Positions 40,295 through 48,093 of a DNA stretch of 54,227 nt are shown here, piece after piece. The stretch comes from Chlamydiia bacterium. Lineage in GTDB: Bacteria > Chlamydiota > Chlamydiia > Chlamydiales > Rhabdochlamydiaceae. Each line of letters opens with the position of its first letter. The stretch's first letter is position 1. The notes beneath the pieces are model-generated. The model made no database searches. It saw nothing but the letters and a program-made list of their open reading frames with translations, and had not been told where the DNA came from. The stretch is taken from positions 1 to 54,227 of the forward strand of contig CAWDOQ010000008.1 in the NCBI GenBank assembly GCA_963804085.1. The letters are read 5' to 3'. A program made the position numbers and the translations under genes.

Positions 40295-40735
40295 ATGAAA
40301 AAAGAAGATGATCGACAAGTATATGCTAAGTTGAGAGATCTTAGGCGAGCGAGAGGCATCACTGTGAGCGAGCTTGCCAAAGAAGTGGGCGAAGACTCTC
40401 AAAAAGTGGGGCGCATCGAACGTGGAAAGCGCAGCCTGACTGTCGATTATCTTATGAAAGTTTCTAGAGCCTTTGGAACGCCTATTGAAAACCTCTTGGA
40501 GAAAAGTGAAGAGGAGAAAAAAGCTCAAGGTGCCGTTCATTCTGATATCCTCAACCAAGTGGTCATCATGGTTGAAGAGCTCTCGGCTTTTTTTCCTCAA
40601 GAGTTTAGTTCGCAGCACAAAGCGCGCATCATCTCTAAGATTTACGAGTCTGTTTTAAAGATTCCTGCAAAAGAGCATCTTCAGTTCTTGCATTTTTTTT
40701 CCGATTCTTTAAAACTGTTTTTAGAAAAAATCTAA
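40295..40735 (+). CDS. XRE-family helix-turn-helix transcriptional regulator
   Basis: LRDLRRARGITVSELAKEVG...VGRIERGKRSL...LMKVSRAFG. Confidence 0.92.
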   Translation: MKKEDDRQVYAKLRDLRRARGITVSELAKEVGEDSQKVGRIERGKRSLTVDYLMKVSRAFGTPIENLLEKSEEEKKAQGAVHSDILNQVVIMVEELSAFFPQEFSSQHKARIISKIYESVLKIPAKEHLQFLHFFSDSLKLFLEKI

Positions 40736-40757
40736 AAAGATCTGACTCAAGCAGTAT

Positions 40758-42074
40758 ATGCAGTTGAACAATGTTGTCATTAAACACTCTCTTCACGGCT
40801 ATGTACGCGCCTCTATAGCGATCGCAAATGGAGTGATCAGCAAAGTTGTAATCGAAGATGGTGCATCACCCAATTTTTCAAATGTTGAATTTTATGTGAC
40901 CCCAGGCTTTGTCAATAGCCACTTGCATCCCAACCAGCTCTTTGATCGCAGACTGCTCGACGAACTCAGCATTACTGAGCTTTTGCATAAGATGCATGGA
41001 AACTACAAAAAGACCGATGAAGACCGCTATGCACAAGCTCTCTTTGTGCTCATGGAAGCGTTAAAAAGCGGAGCTACATCCATTTACGCTGTTGCAAGCA
41101 ACCCTCTTCCTGTAGTGCGTGCATTTAAAGCTCTAGATGTCAAAGGTGCTGTGACCTGTTTTTATAACGATCAGTGGGAGGGGTATGGAGATCCTCCAAC
41201 GCTTGCGATACATGAGGCGATCGAGAAGCAGTTTTTGCAAGCTTTCTTAGAGCAAACAGATCGCATAAAGATTCATATTGGTTCTGCATCCGTGGAAAGT
41301 GCTTCTAATGGACTTCTTATCTTGCTGGATGCTCTTGCAAAGCGTCTGAATACCAAAGTGAATATCCACGTGAGTGAAGGGATAGAATCGGTGCAGTCGT
41401 GCCAGAGCGCGCGGGGCATGAGCCCCGTTCGTCTTTTGAGCGAGCTCAAGGTTTTAGCATCTCACTGGAATCTTATCCATGCAGTGAATGTCGATGAGGA
41501 GGAGATCGCGCTTATTGCAAAAGGAAAAGCAAATGTTATCCACTGTCCTGTCAGCAACGCCAAAACAGGGGTGGGAGTTGCCCCGATCAAAGCGCTTATG
41601 GATGCAAAAGTCACAATCGGCCTTGGCAGCGATGCTTGCAGCAACAACAATACGAATAACATTTTAAATGAAGCCTACTTTGCCTCTCTTTTGCATGGAG
41701 CGTTCCAGAGAAATGCGCAAGCAATCACCTTAGAGACTTTAGTCCAATGGTTGACGACTAGCGGCTATCATATTTTAGGAAGCAAACAAAAAGGTACAAT
41801 TGCAGTAGGCGAGCCCGCTGATCTTCTCCTCTGGTCTCTCTCCGAAGATGCTTTTGTACCGGTTCCTTTTGGTAATTTCACCTCTGCTCTAGTCTACAAT
41901 GCACCCGATATCAAACCACACACAGTGCTTATCGATGGCCGTGTCGTTGTGGAGAACTATCAGTGCAAGATCATTCAAGAAAAAGAGGTCCGAAAAGCTG
42001 CAAATGGATGCAGTGTAAAAGTTATCTCAGCAATAAAAGAAAATCCATGCAAAGAGAAGGCTGCAAAAAGTTAG
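40758..42074 (+). CDS. Amidohydrolase-superfamily nucleobase/nucleoside deaminase (MtaD/SsnA-like)
   Basis: PGFVNSHLH (HxH), IHVSE (HxxE), LIHAV, HCPVSN, GLGSD, GTIAVGEPADL. Confidence 0.88.
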   Translation: MQLNNVVIKHSLHGYVRASIAIANGVISKVVIEDGASPNFSNVEFYVTPGFVNSHLHPNQLFDRRLLDELSITELLHKMHGNYKKTDEDRYAQALFVLMEALKSGATSIYAVASNPLPVVRAFKALDVKGAVTCFYNDQWEGYGDPPTLAIHEAIEKQFLQAFLEQTDRIKIHIGSASVESASNGLLILLDALAKRLNTKVNIHVSEGIESVQSCQSARGMSPVRLLSELKVLASHWNLIHAVNVDEEEIALIAKGKANVIHCPVSNAKTGVGVAPIKALMDAKVTIGLGSDACSNNNTNNILNEAYFASLLHGAFQRNAQAITLETLVQWLTTSGYHILGSKQKGTIAVGEPADLLLWSLSEDAFVPVPFGNFTSALVYNAPDIKPHTVLIDGRVVVENYQCKIIQEKEVRKAANGCSVKVISAIKENPCKEKAAKS

Positions 42075-42604
42075 GGCTTTTGGGAGGAGCAGGTGTTGGT
42101 AAAGACACCTTTGTTCAGATCGTTCGTACGCATTTTTCTCATTTAAACATTCAGCTTATTCGTCTTGCTGATCCCTTGTACGCGGTACAAAAATATGTCT
42201 ATGAAGCGTGCGGTAAGGAAAAGGAGGAGCATATTCAAGATGGGGAGCTCCTCAATTTTTTAGGCAGCCACATGCGCAAAATTAATCCCGATGTCCTAAA
42301 AGAGCCGTTTGAAAGAGCCGTAAAGGAAATAGTCTCTTCCATGGATCTTGTCATCTGTAGCGATGTGCGTCCAAAAGATGTGGGGTTTGTAAGAGAGCAG
42401 GGATTTCATATCGTACACATCAGCACAGATCCCAAGATCGCACTCCAAAGACGTGAAAAAAGAGGAGATCTAACACTCGGTTGTTCTCTTCATTCTACAG
42501 AAATGGGGGTGGAGCGTTCTTTATTCGATACGGAGATCATTAACAATAACACGCTGGAAGAATTTGAAGAGGCTGTGTTAAAGTTTATTGGTAAAAAGCT
42601 ATGA
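42047..42604 (+). CDS. P-loop (deoxy)nucleoside monophosphate kinase-like protein
   Basis: GGAGVGKDT, RLADPLY, LLNFLGSHMR, VICSDVR, IINNNTLEEF: the pattern of phage-type dNMP/dephospho-CoA kinase-like proteins. Confidence 0.75.
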   Translation: MQREGCKKLGLLGGAGVGKDTFVQIVRTHFSHLNIQLIRLADPLYAVQKYVYEACGKEKEEHIQDGELLNFLGSHMRKINPDVLKEPFERAVKEIVSSMDLVICSDVRPKDVGFVREQGFHIVHISTDPKIALQRREKRGDLTLGCSLHSTEMGVERSLFDTEIINNNTLEEFEEAVLKFIGKKL

Positions 42605-43131
42605 TTTTAACAGGTGATGAGATTCACAAGCAGGTGGCTTTAAACCGCATCCACATCGTTCCCTTTTCTGAAAACAATTTAAACCCAAATAGCTACAACT
42701 TTCGTTTGCATCCAGATTTACTTGAGATTGCCGATTTTCCTATCGACCCAAAAAAACAAACAGAGTGTAGCAAGATAGAGCTTAGAGAAGAGGGCTACAC
42801 GCTTCTTCCGGGACATCTCTATTTGGGCAGCACTTTAGAGGAGCTTGGAAGCGACTTCTTTGTTCCGACTCTGATGGGTCGCTCTTCTCTCGGTAGGTTG
42901 GGCCTTTTTTTGCAAATCACCGCAGATCTTGGACAGATCGGTGCTAAGCACTGCTGGACGCTAGAACTTAAGGTGGTGCAGCCTCTCGTCGTTTATCCCT
43001 TCATGGAAATTGGACAGATCTCATTTTGGAAAGTGGAGGGCAATACTGCGTTTCATTATAATGGCAAGTATGCGTCTGATTTTTCAGCGCATCAGAGTGA
43101 AATTTATCAGGAGTTCGAAGAGATTTCATGA
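42601..43131 (+). CDS. dcd: dCTP deaminase-family protein, paralog 1 (trimeric dUTPase fold)
   Basis: MILTGDEI, NPNSYNFRL, GRSSLGRLGL, WTLEL, IGQISF, YNGKY; ATGA overlap with the kinase. Confidence 0.85.
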   Translation: MILTGDEIHKQVALNRIHIVPFSENNLNPNSYNFRLHPDLLEIADFPIDPKKQTECSKIELREEGYTLLPGHLYLGSTLEELGSDFFVPTLMGRSSLGRLGLFLQITADLGQIGAKHCWTLELKVVQPLVVYPFMEIGQISFWKVEGNTAFHYNGKYASDFSAHQSEIYQEFEEIS

Positions 43132-43676
43132 TACTTACAGGATCTAAAATTAAAGAGAAGGTGTATGCAAAAGAGATCATCATCGATCCCTTTACTCCCG
43201 ATCAGATCAATCCCAACTCCTACGATTTTCGTTTAGGCTCCACTCTGCTAGTCTACAAAGAAGATCTCCTCGATCCCAAAAAAGAAAATGAGACAGAGAC
43301 AATTCATATTCCGCAAGAGGGCTATGAGCTTTCACCTAACAAGCTTTATCTGGGACATACCGAAGAGGTGATGGGGAGCAATTTCTATGTTCCGATCATA
43401 CGCGGAAGGTCTTCGATCGGTAGATTAGGACTTTTCATACACATCACAGCAGATCTGATCGACATAGGATCTATCAACCAGTGGACGCTTCAGATGCACT
43501 GTGTGCAGCCCGTGATCATCTATCCCGGAATGCTCATCGGCCAAGTCACATTCTGGAGAGTCGAAGGTGCAATTATACCCTATAATGGCAAGTACCAAGG
43601 TAGCCGCGGCCCTATGGCCTCGCAAATCCATCTTGATATGCAAGAACTCACAGCTTCTCACTCGCTTTTTTCCTAA
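43128..43676 (+). CDS. dcd: dCTP deaminase-family protein, paralog 2
   Basis: MILTGSKI, NPNSYDFRL, GRSSIGRLGL, IHITADLIDIG, WTLQM, YNGKYQG; ATGA overlap with paralog 1. Confidence 0.85.
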   Translation: MILTGSKIKEKVYAKEIIIDPFTPDQINPNSYDFRLGSTLLVYKEDLLDPKKENETETIHIPQEGYELSPNKLYLGHTEEVMGSNFYVPIIRGRSSIGRLGLFIHITADLIDIGSINQWTLQMHCVQPVIIYPGMLIGQVTFWRVEGAIIPYNGKYQGSRGPMASQIHLDMQELTASHSLFS

Positions 43677-43702
43677 GAGAAATTTTCGTTTGTTCAGAAA
43701 GT

Positions 43703-43777
43703 AATCAAAAACAGATTGCGAAAAAAGATGCGCGCAAAATACAATCGATTTTTGATTTAAAAGATCAATTCTCGATC
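43703..43777 (+). promoter_or_regulatory. Putative promoter with three RATC-N7-GATY boxes
   Basis: AATCAAAAACAGATT (43703), AATCGATTTTTGATT (43743), GATCAATTCTCGATC (43763), around TTGCGA-18nt-TACAAT. Confidence 0.55.
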
Positions 43778-43802
43778 ATTCATTTTTGACAATGGAGGAA
43801 GT

Positions 43803-44906
43803 ATGAAACCTGTTATGATTCACAAACTTGCGCGGACACACTATTTTCCCTTTGAAGAAAAGGCTTATCCGATTTCACAGGTGCAGGAAGATGAGTCTGT
43901 GAGTTATCTCAATTTAAACATCAATAACCTGAGCCACTCCTCATATCGCTTGTACCCTCAATTAAAAAATGACCGCTTAGCGCGGAAGTATCTGCATGCA
44001 TTGTCGGTTCTATCACACGCTTCTTTAGAGCGCGTACCATTGGCTGAAGACAACCTCCTTTTTTCTCAAGGGTCTGCTGAGGCGATCGATTTAATCATCA
44101 GGGTATTTTGCGAGCCTGGAAAAGATGCAGTGATGATCACCTCTCCGACCTTTTCCTACTATGCTTACCGAGCTGCCTTGGAGAATGTCTCTGTAGTGGA
44201 TGTTCCTCTGGAAGGCCCAGATTTAAATGTTTTAAATGTTGGAGAGATTTTAAACCAACCTGCTAAAGTGCTTTTTCTTGCATCTCCCAATAACCCAGTT
44301 GGGACTCTGCTCGATCTCAAAGTTGTGGAGGAAATTGTTCAGCGGTTTCGAGGTATTGTTGTAATGGACGAAGCCTACATAGAATGGACGAGCCAGTCTA
44401 CATGTGCGGGATGGGTTTTAAAATATGATAACCTGATCATCCTGCGCACTTTTTCTAAAATGTGGGGACTTGCTGGGGTTCGTTGCGGGGTATCAATCGC
44501 AACAAAAAGTGCAATAGATACTCTCAGATTGGCTCAACCTATGTTTAGCTTTCCGGACTCCTCGGCTGAGATCGTCATGGATAAAATGAACGATGTCGAG
44601 AGACTCTTTGGCTATAAAATGCGAATGGATCGGTATCGAGTCGATTTTTTTGATTTTTTAATGAAACTTGAATTTGTAGAAAGGGTCTATCCGGGAGAGG
44701 CCAATTTTCTATTGGTTAAGTTCCGAGATGAAAAAAAAGTGCAGCTGCATCTTTTGCGCGAAAAAATTTTAGTCAGTAGTGCTGCGCATCAAGTCCCTAA
44801 CACGCTACGTATTTCCATCGGTTCTCGAGTTGAAATGGAACGCGTGAAAAACCAGCTTATGGAAATGAGCGTCAACGGACCGCTTAAGGATCGGATTTCT
44901 GCTTAA
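43803..44906 (+). CDS. PLP-dependent class I/II aminotransferase (HisC-like)
   Basis: GSAEAIDL, SPNNPVG, MDEAY, RTFSKMWGLAGVRCG; GGAGG RBS. Confidence 0.88.
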   Translation: MKPVMIHKLARTHYFPFEEKAYPISQVQEDESVSYLNLNINNLSHSSYRLYPQLKNDRLARKYLHALSVLSHASLERVPLAEDNLLFSQGSAEAIDLIIRVFCEPGKDAVMITSPTFSYYAYRAALENVSVVDVPLEGPDLNVLNVGEILNQPAKVLFLASPNNPVGTLLDLKVVEEIVQRFRGIVVMDEAYIEWTSQSTCAGWVLKYDNLIILRTFSKMWGLAGVRCGVSIATKSAIDTLRLAQPMFSFPDSSAEIVMDKMNDVERLFGYKMRMDRYRVDFFDFLMKLEFVERVYPGEANFLLVKFRDEKKVQLHLLREKILVSSAAHQVPNTLRISIGSRVEMERVKNQLMEMSVNGPLKDRISA

Positions 44907-44937
44907 GAGACTATTCACAAACTTTAAGCTTCCCCTT

Positions 44938-46092
44938 GTGTCATGGTTTTTGATCTGTGGGATTCTTTTAGTGCGGATGGCGCTCTTCATGAGCTACCCT
45001 TTTCTTGCGTTCCATCTACAGTCGTTAAGTTTCGATGCTTTGAGTATAGGAATTATTTTAGGGTGCCATTATTTTTTTGCAGGTGTTGCGGGAATCTTTG
45101 GGGGTGCTGCTGCAGATCGCTGGAATCCAAAATATGGCTTAGTGTTTGCTTTATTGATAGGGGCTCTCTCTTTTTTAGGGCTGAGCCAATCCAGGAGTTT
45201 TCTCTCTTTTCTTCTTTGGAACTGCTTGCTTGCGATTTCTTCCTCTACTTTCGAGCCCATTGCGAGTGTGCTCATCACCAGTCACCTTGCTCGTGAGTTT
45301 CGTGCATTTGCTTTTCGTTTGCGCTATTTAGCAATTAACATAGGAGCTGCAATAGGACCCCTAGTTGGTGCTCTATTCTTTGTAAAAGGACCGCACTTTT
45401 CATTTTGCGTAACGAGCATTCTTCTCGCGATATACGCTGGCCTATTTCTATTTTTAAGAGCAAAAAAAAGAGAGAGTTCAAATGCAGAGTCTGCACCCAG
45501 AAATATGCGCGAGATCCTAATTTGTATGGCAAAGCACAAATCATTTCTGCTTTTAATCGCTGCCAATCTCTTTGTCACGATGACCTATGGCCAGATTTTT
45601 TCAACACTACCGCAAATTTTGAGTGCAAAAATGGAAAATAGCAGACAGCTTTATTCGATTTTGCTCACCGTAAACCCCCTTACGGTCATTGCTGTAAGTG
45701 TTTTTTTAAGCCAATTTCTAAGCTTGCAAAATCCCAGAAGATTATTTAGTGGTGGAGCTCTTCTGCTGGCTATTTCTTTTTTAGGGTTTCATCTTTCAGT
45801 GATGAATGAGGTGAGTTACATATTTTTTATGGTTCTCTTTACCTTGGCAGAGATCACGCTCATTCCGACGACTGCCAAAGTTTTATTCGATTTAGCTCCT
45901 GAAAAATATAGAGGGGCGTATCTTGGTTCAGAAAGCACATCTTATTTTGGCTTTTTTATCGGTAATATCGTCGGGGGCTGGCTGCTTCAAACTGGACAGA
46001 GCGTTTTTCTCTTTTGTATCTTTTGCTCTTTTGCAGCCTTTTTCTTGTATCGCCTCTCTCTCTCAAGTCAAGAGAGAGAGGTTAAAATCTAG
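44938..46092 (+). CDS. MFS transporter
   Basis: About 12 hydrophobic helices, GGAAADRW motif A, NIGAAIGPLVG, APEKYRGAY. Confidence 0.9.
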   Translation: MSWFLICGILLVRMALFMSYPFLAFHLQSLSFDALSIGIILGCHYFFAGVAGIFGGAAADRWNPKYGLVFALLIGALSFLGLSQSRSFLSFLLWNCLLAISSSTFEPIASVLITSHLAREFRAFAFRLRYLAINIGAAIGPLVGALFFVKGPHFSFCVTSILLAIYAGLFLFLRAKKRESSNAESAPRNMREILICMAKHKSFLLLIAANLFVTMTYGQIFSTLPQILSAKMENSRQLYSILLTVNPLTVIAVSVFLSQFLSLQNPRRLFSGGALLLAISFLGFHLSVMNEVSYIFFMVLFTLAEITLIPTTAKVLFDLAPEKYRGAYLGSESTSYFGFFIGNIVGGWLLQTGQSVFLFCIFCSFAAFFLYRLSLSSQEREVKI

Positions 46093-46274
46093 AGCCAGTT
46101 ACAAAACTCCCCGCCTCAGAAAAATCGAAGATTTTGAGTCAGTTTGCCGGGGCTGCAAAGCAGCCCGAACCCCACCGCCGGGGACATACTCAGGAGAGTA
46201 GGGCCCGGCGGTGGGGCGGCAAAATGGCTCAAAAGGACGATTTTGCTGATGCGGGGAGTTTTGCAACTGACTCT
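46091..46274. mobile_element. MITE-like element (184 bp) with ~40-bp imperfect terminal inverted repeats
   Basis: AGAGCCAGTTACAAAACTCCCCGC.TCAG.AAAATCG versus the reverse complement of CGATTTTGCTGATGCGGGGAGTTTTGCAACTGACTCT; internal CCCACCGCCGGG...CCCGGCGGTGGG stem; CT on both flanks. Confidence 0.7.
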
Positions 46275-46282
46275 CTAGAAGC

Positions 46283-47068
46283 TCACTTCTTATAAGTCTC
46301 TAGAATTGTCAAAGGTACGTGTAAGATGTAAAGGTCATCTTTGCGCTCGACGTCCATAAACTCCTCGACTTTTTGTAAGCACTTTTCAGGAGTTATATGC
46401 GACATTCCGTGTAGTTTATACATAAAGAGGCCGAGCTCTTCTCGACTTGTGAAATTCCAATGATAATCCAAATCATGGAACTTGGGATCTGAAAACCCAA
46501 ATAAGTAGCAGAGCGAACGAGCAAATTCATGGGTCAAAAAAGCAACCTCATGTCCCGTGACAGAGTAGCGTGCGACCTCTGCATCGAAATAAGTTGCGAG
46601 TTTTGATCCTGAAAAAACATCACATAAAAGCATGCGCCCTTGCCCTTGCAGAAGACTATGGAAGTTTCTAAAGGCTTGGGATTTATTCATGCAATGATGG
46701 AAAGCTCCTAAGGACCAGATCGCATCAAAGCTTTCTGTTTCCTTCATTAGCGAGGGATCGGAAAGTAGAAAATCCGCACCTACTTCGATCATGCGCATAT
46801 TTGCACGCTTAAAAGTGCGGATGTTTTCTAGCTGGTCTGCAGAGGGGTCGGTTGCAACAAGTTCGCCTGTGCTTCCTAATAACTCTGCGATTGGACGAGA
46901 GTATAGCCCGCTTCCTGCGCCAATCTCTAAGATTTTTTCACCACGCTTAGGCTTTAAATAGCCGAGGTTTAGTTTCACCTCTTCTTCTCGCACAAGAGGA
47001 AATTCGTTTAATACCTCTTTGTAGAGCTGTGCTCTTTCGCCTACGAATTCTTTTGCTATGACTGCCAT
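46283..47068 (-). CDS. Class I SAM-dependent methyltransferase
   Basis: ILEIGAGSG, ATDPS, SFDAIWSLGAFHH, GRMLLCD; GAGGAG RBS. Confidence 0.9.
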   Translation of the reverse strand: MAVIAKEFVGERAQLYKEVLNEFPLVREEEVKLNLGYLKPKRGEKILEIGAGSGLYSRPIAELLGSTGELVATDPSADQLENIRTFKRANMRMIEVGADFLLSDPSLMKETESFDAIWSLGAFHHCMNKSQAFRNFHSLLQGQGRMLLCDVFSGSKLATYFDAEVARYSVTGHEVAFLTHEFARSLCYLFGFSDPKFHDLDYHWNFTSREELGLFMYKLHGMSHITPEKCLQKVEEFMDVERKDDLYILHVPLTILETYKK

Positions 47069-47089
47069 AAAATTCTCCTCAATGAAAGG

Positions 47090-47845
47090 TTAGGATTTTT
47101 TGTCTGTTTTGCTTTCTTCTTTTTTGCCTTCAATTTTGTCGAAGGTAAGAGTGAAGCTGATGCGCAATTTCTTCTCTTTTTTTTCTAAAGTGACGTTTTT
47201 TAAATCCAATTTTGTGATTTCCGACAGACTCTCAATATGAGTACCTCCACAAGGAATTGGGTGGTCTCCAATTTTGAGCTTTCGAATCCCGCCATCTTCC
47301 ACGAAAGATGAGGGAAGCTTCAATGTTTCATCCACAGTTTTTGCAAACGCTTCTTTCACCTGAGCTGGCGTCGGAAATTCGTCATTTTCGGCAACAAATT
47401 TCATAAATGCGTTATTGGGGTAGCATTGTCCGGAATCTCCTCTTAGCTTTGGAAAGCACTTCACGACGATGTAGTCCACCACATGCGCCGCAGTATGCCA
47501 TACTGAATTGAGATGCCGGTTTTGGCTGTCTACTGTAAGTTCAACGACATCGGCAAATTTAAACGATACGGGTGCTTTGAAGCAGTGCACTATATCGAAA
47601 TCATAACCCTTGCCGATCTTTTCTTTATGGACATAGTCAACTCCGATTCCATTGATAGTACCGATGTCGCTAAGCTGTCCTCCTCCTTGCGGATGGAAGA
47701 TCGTTTCCTTTAGCTTAATCCAGTAAAAAGTTGAGTCTCTAAGTAGAGATTTTCCAACCTCTGTTACCTGTGTTCGGTGTTTGAATAACAGTGGACGTGT
47801 AAGGTATAGGGGTCTTGTGAGTTGCTTAACTACAGGTGCAGCCAT
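47090..47845 (-). CDS. alaX: AlaX-type alanyl-tRNA trans-editing protein
   Basis: TIFHPQGGGQLSDIG, HTAAH, CGGTH; start at ATG 47845 after AAAGGAG. Confidence 0.85.
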   Translation of the reverse strand: MAAPVVKQLTRPLYLTRPLLFKHRTQVTEVGKSLLRDSTFYWIKLKETIFHPQGGGQLSDIGTINGIGVDYVHKEKIGKGYDFDIVHCFKAPVSFKFADVVELTVDSQNRHLNSVWHTAAHVVDYIVVKCFPKLRGDSGQCYPNNAFMKFVAENDEFPTPAQVKEAFAKTVDETLKLPSSFVEDGGIRKLKIGDHPIPCGGTHIESLSEITKLDLKNVTLEKKEKKLRISFTLTFDKIEGKKEESKTDKKS

Positions 47846-47916
47846 AAATGTCTCCTTTCTCTTGTAATTTGCTTTAAACACATCAGACATCCTATTTCTG
47901 ACAGATTATTTTTTAC

Positions 47917-47931
47917 AATCAAAAAATGATA
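47917..47931. promoter_or_regulatory. Putative ATC-N7-GAT operator box upstream of alaX
   Basis: AATCAAAAAATGATA, similar to the 43703 box AATCAAAAACAGATT. Confidence 0.4.
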
Positions 47932-48093
47932 TTTTTTTAATTTATCGAAAAACGCACAAGAAAACAGACTGAAAAAATCAAACTATGAGAAAAAACTAGA
48001 CGAGAAAATAGGGAAAAACCAGGGCATTGGTTATTTGCTTCTAACCCAGCTTTGGAGTAGTATCTATTTCTTTTATATTTGCGAATAGAAAAT

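Noticed and set aside
42047-43676. Known AvcD-type dCTP deaminase defence system
   Set aside because: AvcD uses a zinc CDA fold (HAE/PCxxC) fused to the kinase; these are separate dUTPase-fold proteins.
43803-44906. Housekeeping hisC
   Set aside because: No other his genes nearby and the N-terminus is atypical; left as a HisC-like aminotransferase without a symbol.
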